64,000 nucleotides of DNA from Betaproteobacteria bacterium (GTDB lineage: Bacteria; Pseudomonadota; Gammaproteobacteria; Burkholderiales; SG8-41), in contig JAKFUS010000029.1 in NCBI GenBank assembly GCA_021732605.1, forward strand, positions 25,300-89,299. The letters run 5' to 3'. Position numbers and translations under genes: made by a program. How positions within the stretch are numbered: the first letter of the stretch is position 1; every line of letters starts with the position of its first letter. Below the pieces are notes generated by a model. It ran no database searches. It saw only the letters and a list, made by a program, of their open reading frames with translations, and had not been told where the DNA came from. Positions 10,847-22,693 of this stretch are shown here, piece after piece.

Positions 10847-12098
10847 GCGCTGCGTCAGGAAGCAGTTGGCCGTCGATATGTTTTAAGCCGTCAGCGAGCA
10901 GCGGAAGGGAAAGTTGCCGCGCATCGGGATGACGGGCAATGAATTGTTCGACCTGCAGGTTGTTTTCTTCCCTAAAAACGGAGCAGGTTGCATACAGCAA
11001 TTTACCACCACTGCGCAGCAACTGCCAAAGCGTGTCGAGAATACGTGCCTGCCGAAGACCCAGGGCCTTGATGTCGCTCTGCTGGCGCAGCCATTTGATG
11101 TCCGGATGACGACGCACCACACCAGACGCCGTACAGGGCACATCGGCCAGAATGCGATCAAAGGTGCCGGCATCACGCCATCGCTCCGGTTTTCCGGCAT
11201 CGGCCTGCAGCAGTCGCGCCTGCAGCGACAATCGTGTCAAATTGTCCGCCACCCGCTGCAGGCGTTCGGCATCGATATCGACTGCCGTGAGATCAAGGTC
11301 CGCCAGTTCCAGCAGGTGTGCAGTTTTACCGCCGGGTGCCGCGCAGGCGTCAAGCACCCGCATGCCGTCCGCAACATCGAGCAATTCTGCGGCGAGTTGC
11401 GCGCCGGCATCCTGTACTGAGGCCAGTCCCTCGGCAAAACCGGGAATCTGGGCGATCGGCCGCGGTTTGTCGATGATCAGGCCATGGCGGCCCACGGGCC
11501 GTGCGGCAATCTCTGCACTCGCCAGCATTTCAAGGTAATCATCGCGCGACATGCGGCGACTGTTGACCCGCAGTGTCAACGGCGGCCGGACATTGCCGGC
11601 CTCGAGGATCTCACGATAGTTCTGCGGAAATTGCGCGGCCAGCTTGGCAATCCACCACGGCGCATAGGAATAACGCCCTGCGTCGGTGGCCGCAGCGACC
11701 GTTTCAAGTTCAGCCTGGCGGCGCAGAAAGTTACGCAATACCGCATTAACCAGACCTTGCGCCTGTGGAAACCCGAGTTGCGCGCAGGCCGGCACCGCAT
11801 GATCAACGATGGTGTATGGACGCGCTTTGCTGTGGAGCAACTGGTAGAGCGCGACCTGCAGCAGGTTGCGCACCAGCGCATCCGTCGGCGGTCGGTGCAG
11901 CAATTGGCCAAGGATGGCTTCGATAAAACCCAGGCGGCGCAACACGCCATAAGAAAGATCCTGTACCGCACCGCGTTCCTGTGGCGTCAGCGCGGATTCA
12001 CTTTGCCAGGTCGCTGCGAGTTCGGCATCGAGACTGCGTCCCGCCAGCACATGCGACACAACTTCCGCCGCCAGGCACTGTACGCGCTCCATGCTCAA
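10809..12098 (-). CDS. rsmB: 16S rRNA (cytosine967-C5)-methyltransferase
   Basis: 429 aa with NusB-like N-terminus and SAM methyltransferase motifs: DACAAPGGKT...DRILADVPCTASGVVRRHPD...LLYATCS. Confidence 0.92.
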   Translation of the reverse strand: MSMERVQCLAAEVVSHVLAGRSLDAELAATWQSESALTPQERGAVQDLSYGVLRRLGFIEAILGQLLHRPPTDALVRNLLQVALYQLLHSKARPYTIVDHAVPACAQLGFPQAQGLVNAVLRNFLRRQAELETVAAATDAGRYSYAPWWIAKLAAQFPQNYREILEAGNVRPPLTLRVNSRRMSRDDYLEMLASAEIAARPVGRHGLIIDKPRPIAQIPGFAEGLASVQDAGAQLAAELLDVADGMRVLDACAAPGGKTAHLLELADLDLTAVDIDAERLQRVADNLTRLSLQARLLQADAGKPERWRDAGTFDRILADVPCTASGVVRRHPDIKWLRQQSDIKALGLRQARILDTLWQLLRSGGKLLYATCSVFREENNLQVEQFIARHPDARQLSLPLLADGLKHIDGQLLPDAAHDGFFYALLEKV

Positions 12099-12131
12099 TG
12101 CAGATCCCGAAAATCATCAGAACGTAAAACG

Positions 12132-13058
12132 TCAGGCTTCAAAACGGGTACCTGCATCAATAGGGGTTCCCGCGAGAAACTGCCGCGGTGCGAGCCGTTT
12201 GCCACCTGCGCGCTGCAACTCAAGCAAGCGGATGGTACCCGCACCGGTGGCGACCACTACACCATTGTTGTCAGCCTGCACGACGGTGCCAGCCAGAGTG
12301 CCGGAAACGGCAGTAACCGCCGCCGGTTCAGCGTGCCAGATTTTCAGCACCTGCCCGTTCCAGCTCGTGTATGCACCAGGCGCCGGGTTGAACGCGCGAA
12401 TCAGTCTGTCAATTTCAACGGCCGGTCGCGTCCAGTCGATATGCGCTTCGGCCTTGCTGATTTTCGCTGCATAGCTTGCGTTTGCATTGTCCTGCGGCAC
12501 CGGCTGCGGCTGTTCCTGCAATGTGCGCAACAGCAGTTGCGCACCGGTGGCTGCCAGTTTGTCATGCAGGGTCAGTGCAGTGTCGTCCGCATTAATCGTC
12601 ACCGCCTGTGCCAGCAGCATGGCGCCGGTATCCAGCCCCGCATCCATCTGCATGATGGTGACGCCGCTCTCGCGATCACCGGCGAGGATGGCGCGCTGAA
12701 TCGGTGCTGCGCCACGCCACCGCGGCAAAAGCGATGCATGAATATTCAGGCAGCCGCGGGGCGGTAATTGCAACAGGGATTGCGGAATCATCAGCCCATA
12801 AGCAGCGACCACCATGACTTCGGATTGCAAAGCCGCCAGCTGCGCAATCAGCGCATTGTCATTGAGCGTCGCGGGCTGTGACAGCGGGAGCAGACGGGCC
12901 AGCGCCAGCTCCTTCACTGCGGAAGCCTGCGGTTTCAGGCCACGGCCGGCCGGGCGATCGGGTTGCGTCAGCACCTGTACCACGTCATGCCCGGCATCGA
13001 GCAGCGCTGCCAGCGCCGCCGCCGCAAACGCCGGTGTACCTGCATAAATAATTTTCAA
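12132..13058 (-). CDS. fmt: Methionyl-tRNA formyltransferase
   Basis: 308 aa: MKIIYAGTPAFAA...QPDRPAGRG...NIHASLLPRWRGAAPIQRAI. Confidence 0.95.
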   Translation of the reverse strand: MKIIYAGTPAFAAAALAALLDAGHDVVQVLTQPDRPAGRGLKPQASAVKELALARLLPLSQPATLNDNALIAQLAALQSEVMVVAAYGLMIPQSLLQLPPRGCLNIHASLLPRWRGAAPIQRAILAGDRESGVTIMQMDAGLDTGAMLLAQAVTINADDTALTLHDKLAATGAQLLLRTLQEQPQPVPQDNANASYAAKISKAEAHIDWTRPAVEIDRLIRAFNPAPGAYTSWNGQVLKIWHAEPAAVTAVSGTLAGTVVQADNNGVVVATGAGTIRLLELQRAGGKRLAPRQFLAGTPIDAGTRFEA

Positions 13059-13096
13059 AACGGGATTTTCAAAGGAAGCTTGACCGCGAGTGCGGT

Positions 13097-13600
13097 CTAC
13101 ATCGCCTGCCGCTGCTGTTTGACCAGCTTGGCGGTGATGCGCTGTTGCTTCAGGCGGGACAGTTTTTCGACAAAAACACGGCCGATCAGGTGATCCATTT
13201 CATGCTGGATGCAGACTGCCAGCAGGCCATCGGCCTCGAGCTGGCGTTTGCGCCCGTGTTCGTCCAGCGCGGACACCGTGACTTTGGCGGCACGCGTGAC
13301 CTTTTCGAAAATCCCGGGCACCGACAGGCAGCCTTCTTCACACTCCGCTTCTCCTTCGGCACCGATGATTTCCGGGTTGATAAACACCTGTAACTGGTCG
13401 TGGATTTCAGAAATGTCAATGACGATGACCCGCAGGTGCACGTTGACTTGTGTTGCGGCCAGACCAATGCCCGGGGCAGCATACATGGTGTCAGCCATGT
13501 CTTTGATTATTTTGCGTATTTTGTCATCCACCCGCTTCACCGGTGCTGCAATCTTGTGCAAGCGCGGATCGGGGTAGTGCAATATGGGGAGTAAAGCCAT
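13097..13600 (-). CDS. def: Peptide deformylase
   Basis: 167 aa with the three PDF motifs: [23 protein letters not shown]. Confidence 0.96.
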   Translation of the reverse strand: MALLPILHYPDPRLHKIAAPVKRVDDKIRKIIKDMADTMYAAPGIGLAATQVNVHLRVIVIDISEIHDQLQVFINPEIIGAEGEAECEEGCLSVPGIFEKVTRAAKVTVSALDEHGRKRQLEADGLLAVCIQHEMDHLIGRVFVEKLSRLKQQRITAKLVKQQRQAM

Positions 13601-13711
13601 GAAAAACTTGCCAATTTAATCAGCTAGATGCAGAATTTAAACCAAACTCTTACGTCGGCTGCGGTTTCTGCACAGTACGCCGGCGACGCTCACATTAAGG
13701 TGGGGCTCCAC

Positions 13712-14848
13712 ATGCGAAAAGCAATTATATCCCTGATTTTGTTGATAACTCCGACCTTGGTCGCGGCCCAGCCTGCGTCCTTGCAGGACAGCGCTCCGGA
13801 GCGTTATACGGTACAAAGAGGGGACACCTTGTGGGGCATTTCCGGACGCTACCTGAAGGAGCCCTGGCGCTGGCCGGAGCTGTGGAAAATGAATCAGGAG
13901 CAGCTGAAAAATCCGCATCTGATTTACCCCGGTGACGTCATCGTGCTGGACCGCAGCAGTGGCGAACCCAGGCTCAGCCTGGTCCAGCTAGATACGACGA
14001 AACTGGGACCCAGAGTACGCAGCGAACCGAGCACAAACAGTGCTGTACCCAGCATTTTGCCATCCGTCATTGAGCCGTTCCTGTCCAAGCCAATGGTTGT
14101 CGGTGAGAACGAGCTCGACGCCGCGCCCAGAATCGTTGCCACTGCCGATGACCGTGTCACGCTGGGACCCGGCGATCGCGCCTTCGCTCAGGGCATCACC
14201 AAAGACAAGGGTAACCAGTGGCAGATTTTCCGCCGTGGCGATCCGCTGGTCGATCCCGATAACAATCAGATTCTCGGTTACGAAGCCGTTTATCTGGGTG
14301 AAGCTCTGGTGCGTCAGCATGGCGATGTCGCGACGGTGGAAATCACCAAATCCGTGCAGGAAATCTATCGCAATGACCGCCTTCTGCCGCTGGGCAAACA
14401 AACACCGGTATTCGCTTATGTGCCACAGCCGCCGAAATCCCCGGTCAAGGGCCGCATCATTTCGACTTATGGCGGCCTGCAGGAAACTGGACCGCTGTCC
14501 ATCGTGACCTTGTCCAAAGGCAGCAGGGACGGATTGCAGGTGGGCACCGTACTGGCCATCGAACGCAGCCAAACCAGCACGCGTTACAGCCAGCGTACCG
14601 CGCCGCTGTTCGGTCGTACCGGTCCTTCCGGCAGCGAAGCGCCGCGTACCTATTACAGTGAAACCATTCCGCCGCGTGCCACCCTGACGGAGCGGGGTGA
14701 AGCCATCACCAATAAGGACATCGCTCAACTGCCCGACCAGCGCTATGGTCTGGTGATGGTGTTCCGCACCTTTGACCGCGCGTCATTTGCGCTGGTGATG
14801 GAAGCCAGCCGCCCGGTCACTGTCTCCGATTACGTAACAAATCCCTGA
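13712..14848 (+). CDS. Secreted LysM-domain peptidoglycan-binding protein
   Basis: The track ORF 13628..14848 was trimmed to the ATG at 13712, preceded by AAGGTGGGG. That start gives a signal peptide MRKAIISLILLITPTLVAAQP. LysM motif: YTVQRGDTLWGISGRYL...IYPGDVIVL. Confidence 0.85.
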   Translation: MRKAIISLILLITPTLVAAQPASLQDSAPERYTVQRGDTLWGISGRYLKEPWRWPELWKMNQEQLKNPHLIYPGDVIVLDRSSGEPRLSLVQLDTTKLGPRVRSEPSTNSAVPSILPSVIEPFLSKPMVVGENELDAAPRIVATADDRVTLGPGDRAFAQGITKDKGNQWQIFRRGDPLVDPDNNQILGYEAVYLGEALVRQHGDVATVEITKSVQEIYRNDRLLPLGKQTPVFAYVPQPPKSPVKGRIISTYGGLQETGPLSIVTLSKGSRDGLQVGTVLAIERSQTSTRYSQRTAPLFGRTGPSGSEAPRTYYSETIPPRATLTERGEAITNKDIAQLPDQRYGLVMVFRTFDRASFALVMEASRPVTVSDYVTNP

Positions 14849-14889
14849 TTGCCGCGGCGGGAGCCTGCTCCCGCTGTCAGCATCCTCTG

Positions 14890-15975
14890 ATGTCCGTCGA
14901 CGCGGATCTGGAAGTCTGGCTCCGCCTGAGCCTGCTGCCTGGGCTCGGACATCAATCCCTGCGCAAACTGCTGGTCGCGCTGGGTACGCCGGCAAACATT
15001 CTGGCCGCCAGTCACCGTGAGCTGAGCAGCATCGTCGGCGAAAAACTCGCCATCTCCATTCGCAACGGCGGCGCCGATCCGGCAAGCTGGAGCGCCGTTG
15101 GATCCTGGCTGGATGATCCTGCCAATCACATCATTACACTGGCGGATGCCACTTATCCGCAAGCCTTGCTGCAAATCCCCGATCCGCCGCCGCTGATTTA
15201 TGTGAAAGGACGGCTGGATCTGTTGAACCGGCCGGGGTTCGCCATCGTCGGCAGCCGCAATGCCACTGCGCAGGGCCTGGCTAACGCTGAAGCCTTTGCC
15301 GCTGCGCTCAGCAATGCCGGCCTTACCATCATCAGCGGGCTGGCGCTGGGTGTCGACGCGGCAGCGCATCGCGGCGGACTCGACGGCAGCAGCTCAACAA
15401 TTGCCGTCGTCGGCACCGGACTTGATACGGTGTACCCGGCACGCAATCGCGATCTGGCCCACCGTATTGCCGCACACGGCACGCTGATATCGGAATTTTC
15501 TCTGGGCACGCCGGGACTGGCAGCCAATTTTCCACGGCGCAATCGTTTGATTTGCGGATTATCCCAAGGCTGTCTTGTGGTCGAAGCCGCAATATCCAGC
15601 GGCTCACTGATCACCGCACGCCTCGCCACTGATCAGGGTCGGGAGGTATTTGCGATTCCCGGATCCATACACTCACCGCTGGCCAAAGGCTGTCACGCAC
15701 TGATCAAACAGGGCGCCAAGCTGGTGGAATCGGCGCAGGATGTACTGGAAGAACTGGGACTGTTGCAGCCCGTAAGACCGGTTGCCGAAGCAGCATTGGA
15801 TGCCACGAACGATCATCCCCTCTTGGTGCATATCGGTTTTGATCCGGTGGATGTCGATACGCTGCAACAACGCTGCGGCTTCGCGATCGGAGCGCTCAAC
15901 ACCGCGCTGACCGACCTCGAACTGGCGGGATTGATCGAAGCCTTGCCGGGGGGGCGCTGGCAACGCCTGTCCTGA
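14890..15975 (+). CDS. dprA: DNA processing / protecting protein DprA (Smf)
   Basis: 361 aa: GSRNATAQGL...SGLALGVDAAAHRG...VVGTGLDTVYP. Confidence 0.93.
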   Translation: MSVDADLEVWLRLSLLPGLGHQSLRKLLVALGTPANILAASHRELSSIVGEKLAISIRNGGADPASWSAVGSWLDDPANHIITLADATYPQALLQIPDPPPLIYVKGRLDLLNRPGFAIVGSRNATAQGLANAEAFAAALSNAGLTIISGLALGVDAAAHRGGLDGSSSTIAVVGTGLDTVYPARNRDLAHRIAAHGTLISEFSLGTPGLAANFPRRNRLICGLSQGCLVVEAAISSGSLITARLATDQGREVFAIPGSIHSPLAKGCHALIKQGAKLVESAQDVLEELGLLQPVRPVAEAALDATNDHPLLVHIGFDPVDVDTLQQRCGFAIGALNTALTDLELAGLIEALPGGRWQRLS

Positions 15976-15983
15976 CCGCGTGC

Positions 15984-16142
15984 ATTGAAAACGTTGTTAG
16001 CGCAAAAGAGCCAGGCCTTGATGGTGATGCTAGGCTCACTTAATCAATGACTTGAAGGCGTATGCGCTCGGTCGCTACGCTCCCGACGCGCTCGCTCATC
16101 ACTTTTTCAACGGCCTGTGATCCCGGCTTGCGCTGGCCGGGG
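15984..16142 (+). repeat. Copy B of the dispersed intergenic repeat (dprA-topoisomerase spacer), ending in a GC hairpin
   Basis: See copy A for the shared blocks. Copy B carries an extra 26 nt (16070..16095, an internal GCGCTCG-type duplication) and ends in the hairpin CCCGGC-ttgcgctg-GCCGGG (16122..16141). Confidence 0.6.
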
Positions 16143-16232
16143 ATTGTTCTTATCATCGGGCGCTCTTTTCCACGGCGCGGCAGTCCGGCGCCCCATCTGC
16201 AGCGGTATTAATCCGCAAATTCAACGGTTTAC

Positions 16233-18812
16233 ATGGCGAAAACGCTCATCATTGCAGAAAAACCTTCGGTCGCCGGCGACATCGCTCGCGTTCTGGGCGG
16301 GTTCACGAAACATGCCGAATATTTTGAAAACGACAACTATGTGGTGTCGTCTGCAGTCGGCCATTTGCTGGAAATCGCCGCGCCCGAAGAATTCGAAGTC
16401 AAACGCGGTAAATGGTCCTTCGCCAATCTGCCGGTCATTCCGCCGCATTTTGATCTGAATCCGATCGTCAAAAGCGAAGCCCGGCTGAAAGTACTGGCCA
16501 AGCTGCTGAAACGGAAGGACATCACCAAGCTGATCAATGCCTGCGACGCGGGCCGCGAAGGCGAACTGATTTTCCGTTACATCGCGCAGGCAACCAAGAC
16601 CAACAAACCGGTATCCCGGCTGTGGTTGCAGTCGATGACGCCGGCCGCGATCCGCGAGGGTTTCGAACACCTGCGTTCCGACGAGGAAATGCAGCCACTG
16701 GCCGACGCTGCGCGCAGCCGCAGCGAAGCCGACTGGCTGATCGGCATCAACGGCACGCGCGCGATGACCGCCTTCAACAGCAAGGGCGGCGGTTTTTACC
16801 TGACCACCGTCGGTCGCGTACAAACACCGACCTTGATGATTGTGGTCGACCGCGAACAGAAAATCCGTAAATTTGTGCCGCGTGATTACTGGGAAGTGCG
16901 GGCAACGTTTGGTGCCAAAGCCGGTGATTATGAAGGCCGCTGGTTTGACCCGTCATTCAAACGCGATGAAAACGACGCAGAAAAACGCGACAGCCGCCTG
17001 TGGGACGGCAAAGCCGCGGAAAAAGTTGCCGAGGCCTGCCGCGGCAAAACCGGCACAGTCACCGAAGAATCAAAACCGTCGTCGCAGCTGTCACCGATGC
17101 TGTTCGATCTGACCTCATTGCAGCGCGAAGCGAACGGTAAATTCGGATTTTCGGCGAAAACCACGCTGTCGATCGCCCAGGAGTTGTACGAGCGGCACAA
17201 AGCACTGACCTATCCGCGGACCGACTCCAAGCATCTTCCCGAAGATTACATGGCGACGGTCAAGACCACGCTGGATGCTCTCGGCGGTGAACCGGGGTTC
17301 GGTCCGTTTGCCAAAGAAATCGTCAAGGGCAAGTGGATCAAGCCGAACAAGCGCATTTTCGACAACAGCAAAATTTCAGATCACTTCGCGATCATTCCGA
17401 CGCCGCAACCGCCGAAAAACCTCAACGAAGTGCAGCAGAAGATTTATGACCTGGTCGTGCGCCGTTTCATGGCTGTGTTTTTCCCGCCGGCCGAATACCT
17501 GGTCACCACCCGCATCACCGAAGTCGCAACACACAAGTTCAAGACCGAAGGCAAGATCCTGGTCAGACCGAGCTGGTTGGCGATTTACGGCAAGGATGAG
17601 CAGCAGGAGAGCGCCAATCTGCCGGCGGTAGCCAAGGGTGAAGATCCGCCGGTCAATGCCGTGAATCCAGTCGGACTGGCGACACGGCCGCCTGCACGTT
17701 ATTCGGAAGCGACACTGCTGAGCGCGATGGAAGGCGCCGGCAAGCTGATCGACGACGATGAACTGCGTGATGCGATGGCACAGAAGGGTCTCGGCACGCC
17801 GGCGACCCGCGCCGCGATCATCGAACGCTTGATCGCCGAAAAATACATGGTGCGCGAGGGCCGCGAACTGATCCCGACCGCCAAGGCGTTCCAGTTATTG
17901 ACCTTGTTGAACGGACTGGGCGTCAGCGAGCTGACGCAGCCGGAACTGACGGGTGAGTGGGAATACAAGCTGTTGCAGATGGAACGCGGCAAGTTGAAGC
18001 GCACCTCCTTCATGAAGGAAATCGCCACCATCACCGAGCGCATCGTCAAGCGCGCCAAGGAATACAACAACGAGACCATTCCCGGCGATTACGCGACACT
18101 GCAGACGTCGTGCCCGCATTGCGGCGGCACGGTCAAGGAAAACTACCGGCGTTTCGCCTGCGAAGCCTGCGAGTTTTCGATTTCCAAAATCCCGGGTGGC
18201 CGCCAATTCGAGATCGACGAAGTGGAGTTGCTGCTGCGCGAACGCACGATCGGCCCCTTGCAGGGTTTCCGCTCCAAAATGGGCCGGCCGTTTGCAGCCA
18301 TCCTGCGCATCGTGCCGGACAAGGAAAGCAACAACCTCAAACTCGAATTTGATTTCGGGCAGGGGAATGATGACGAAGCCGAGGAAATCGATTTCAGCGA
18401 ACAGCAGGCACTGGGTCCCTGCCCGAAATGCAAAGGCCAGGTCTACGAACACGGCATGAACTACTTGTGCGAAAACACGCCGGCCAAGAAATGCGATTTC
18501 CGTTCCGGCAAAGTGATTCTGCGCCAGGAAATTCAGCGCGAGCAGATGGAAAAACTGCTGTCCTCCGGACGTACCGACCTGCTCGACGGTTTTTTTTCCA
18601 ACCGCAATGGCCGGCGCTTCAAAGCCTTCCTGGCGAAACAACCGGACGGCAAAGTGGGGTTTGAATTTGCACCGCGCGCCGCCAAGGGTGATGCCGATTC
18701 CGGCGCAGGTAAGGCCGCAAAACCAGCCAAGGTAAAAGCCGCTGTAGCGGCTAAACCCGAAACGGCAACTGCCGTGCCAGCCAAAAAACGCGCTGCCCGC
18801 AGTAAAAAATAA
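16233..18812 (+). CDS. topB: Type IA DNA topoisomerase, topoisomerase III-like, with C-terminal zinc ribbons, topoisomerase C-terminal repeats and a Lys/Ala-rich tail
   Basis: 859 aa. Toprim N-terminus: MAKTLIIAEKPSVAGDIA...CDAGREGELIF. TVGRVQTPTL is present. Active-site Tyr context is LTYPRTDSKHLPEDY. Two Cys4 ribbons: CPHCGG...CEAC and CPKCKG...C...C. Confidence 0.88.
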   Translation: MAKTLIIAEKPSVAGDIARVLGGFTKHAEYFENDNYVVSSAVGHLLEIAAPEEFEVKRGKWSFANLPVIPPHFDLNPIVKSEARLKVLAKLLKRKDITKLINACDAGREGELIFRYIAQATKTNKPVSRLWLQSMTPAAIREGFEHLRSDEEMQPLADAARSRSEADWLIGINGTRAMTAFNSKGGGFYLTTVGRVQTPTLMIVVDREQKIRKFVPRDYWEVRATFGAKAGDYEGRWFDPSFKRDENDAEKRDSRLWDGKAAEKVAEACRGKTGTVTEESKPSSQLSPMLFDLTSLQREANGKFGFSAKTTLSIAQELYERHKALTYPRTDSKHLPEDYMATVKTTLDALGGEPGFGPFAKEIVKGKWIKPNKRIFDNSKISDHFAIIPTPQPPKNLNEVQQKIYDLVVRRFMAVFFPPAEYLVTTRITEVATHKFKTEGKILVRPSWLAIYGKDEQQESANLPAVAKGEDPPVNAVNPVGLATRPPARYSEATLLSAMEGAGKLIDDDELRDAMAQKGLGTPATRAAIIERLIAEKYMVREGRELIPTAKAFQLLTLLNGLGVSELTQPELTGEWEYKLLQMERGKLKRTSFMKEIATITERIVKRAKEYNNETIPGDYATLQTSCPHCGGTVKENYRRFACEACEFSISKIPGGRQFEIDEVELLLRERTIGPLQGFRSKMGRPFAAILRIVPDKESNNLKLEFDFGQGNDDEAEEIDFSEQQALGPCPKCKGQVYEHGMNYLCENTPAKKCDFRSGKVILRQEIQREQMEKLLSSGRTDLLDGFFSNRNGRRFKAFLAKQPDGKVGFEFAPRAAKGDADSGAGKAAKPAKVKAAVAAKPETATAVPAKKRAARSKK

Positions 18813-18829
18813 TCAATTAAAACAAATAT

Positions 18830-18871
18830 TTACGGTCAATATCGCGGTTGCGACCTTGGCCGTAATTTTTT
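18830..18871. terminator. Bidirectional rho-independent terminator between convergent topB and gyrB
   Basis: Stem is TTACGGTCAA (18830..18839) paired with TTGGCCGTAA (18856..18865), one mismatch. TTTTTT (18866..18871) follows on the plus strand. On the minus strand it is followed by an AT/T-rich run. Confidence 0.65.
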
Positions 18872-18889
18872 GCCCTGAACGAAGCTTGT

Positions 18890-21376
<2,487 letters not shown>

Positions 21377-21379
21377 TTA

Positions 21380-22489
21380 TCAAATCCGCATCGGCATGAC
21401 GACATAACGGAAATCATCGCGCCCGGGCAGCGTGATCAGCATGCTGCTGTTGGCGTCGCCGAAGGAGCACACCACTTTGCCGGCCGGCACATTGCTGAGG
21501 ACATCCAGCAGGTAGGTCACGTTGAATCCCACATCCAGGGGGTCCCCGCCGAATTCGACTTCCAGTTCTTCCTGGGCCTCTTCCTGTTCGTTATTGCTGC
21601 AGGAAATGCGCAGACTGTCCTTGGTCAGCATCCAGCGCACACCACGGAATTTTTCATTGGACAGAATGGCGGCCCGTTGCAGTGCGCGCTGCAACTCGTC
21701 CCGGTCCAGGCTGATGCCTTTTTCGTAGTTGGTCGGAATCACCCGCTGGTAGTCCGGGAACTTGCCGTCGATGACCTTGGTTGTCAGTTCAACATCACCA
21801 AAACGGAAACGAACCTGGTTGGCATGAATGGCGATGTCGAGTGGTTCGTCACCTTCCACCAGTTGTCGCGTCAGTTCCAATATGGCTTTTCTCGGCAGGA
21901 TGACTTCGCTTTTGTCCTGTTTTTCCTTGAGCCCTGTTACGGCATAACTGAGCCGGTGCCCGTCTGTGGCAACGACCTTGATTTCCTTGTCTTCGGTGAT
22001 CAACAACAGTCCATTCAAGTAATACCGGATGTCCTGCTGCGCCATCGCGTATTGCACCAGGCCAAGCAGCTTGCGCGCGACCCCTTGGGATATCTGGAAA
22101 CTGCTTTGCGGATTGCCGGGGTCCGCGAGCGCCGGAAAATCCGCAGCAGGCAAGGTTTGCAGATTAAAGCGGCTTTTGCCGGCCTTGACCTGTAAACGGT
22201 TGTTGGCGACTTCGAGTGTTACTTCGCTTTCATCAGGCAAGGCCCGGAGTATATCAACCAGCTTTCTAGCGGACACCGTGACGGCAAGAGTTTCCCCGCC
22301 TTTTTTATCGAGCGGACAAGAGGTTGCAATCTGCAATTCCAGATCTGTGGCGACGAATCGCAGGGTGTCTGCAGTACGTTCAATCAATACGTTCGACAGA
22401 ATCGGCAGCGTATGGCGCCGTTCAACGATTCCGGTTACTGCCTGCAGTGGCTTTAACAGCGCATCGCGGGGTAATTGCACGAGTTTCAT
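21380..22489 (-). CDS. dnaN: DNA polymerase III beta sliding clamp
   Basis: 369 aa: MKLVQLPRDALLKPLQAVTGIVERRHTLPILSNVLIE...VVMPMRI. Confidence 0.96.
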   Translation of the reverse strand: MKLVQLPRDALLKPLQAVTGIVERRHTLPILSNVLIERTADTLRFVATDLELQIATSCPLDKKGGETLAVTVSARKLVDILRALPDESEVTLEVANNRLQVKAGKSRFNLQTLPAADFPALADPGNPQSSFQISQGVARKLLGLVQYAMAQQDIRYYLNGLLLITEDKEIKVVATDGHRLSYAVTGLKEKQDKSEVILPRKAILELTRQLVEGDEPLDIAIHANQVRFRFGDVELTTKVIDGKFPDYQRVIPTNYEKGISLDRDELQRALQRAAILSNEKFRGVRWMLTKDSLRISCSNNEQEEAQEELEVEFGGDPLDVGFNVTYLLDVLSNVPAGKVVCSFGDANSSMLITLPGRDDFRYVVMPMRI

Positions 22490-22693
22490 ATTAGTGGTTT
22501 TTCTTTAGATAAATTAATAGTAACTAATAGAAAAGGCTTTGTTCTGTTGAGAGCTGCACTTGAACCTTGTATTAAAAACAGAAATTCTGTCTTTGATGTT
22601 CTGTATTGCCCGCTAACTTCCTGTGGACAGAAAAGGATGAAAAACAGGTGGATTCGTTTTTTGCCTGGTTATGCACAAATGATGCACAGGTTT
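22490..22693. promoter_or_regulatory. AT-rich dnaA-dnaN spacer with a DnaA-box cluster; candidate oriC / DNA-unwinding region that also holds the dnaN promoter
   Basis: My hand count is about 36% G+C (72/203). DnaA-box-like 9-mers versus TTATCCACA: TTATGCACA 22669..22677 (8/9), TGATGCACA 22680..22688 (7/9), TGTGGACAG 22622..22630 (reverse orientation, 7/9), TTTAGATAA 22504..22512 (reverse, 7/9). AT tract: ttagataaattaatagtaactaatag. TGTTCTGT occurs twice. Confidence 0.4.

Noticed and set aside
16117-16458. 113-aa ORF spanning the repeat element and the topoisomerase start
   Set aside because: It overlaps the strongly supported topoisomerase N-terminus in another frame and begins inside the dispersed repeat. 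It is spurious.
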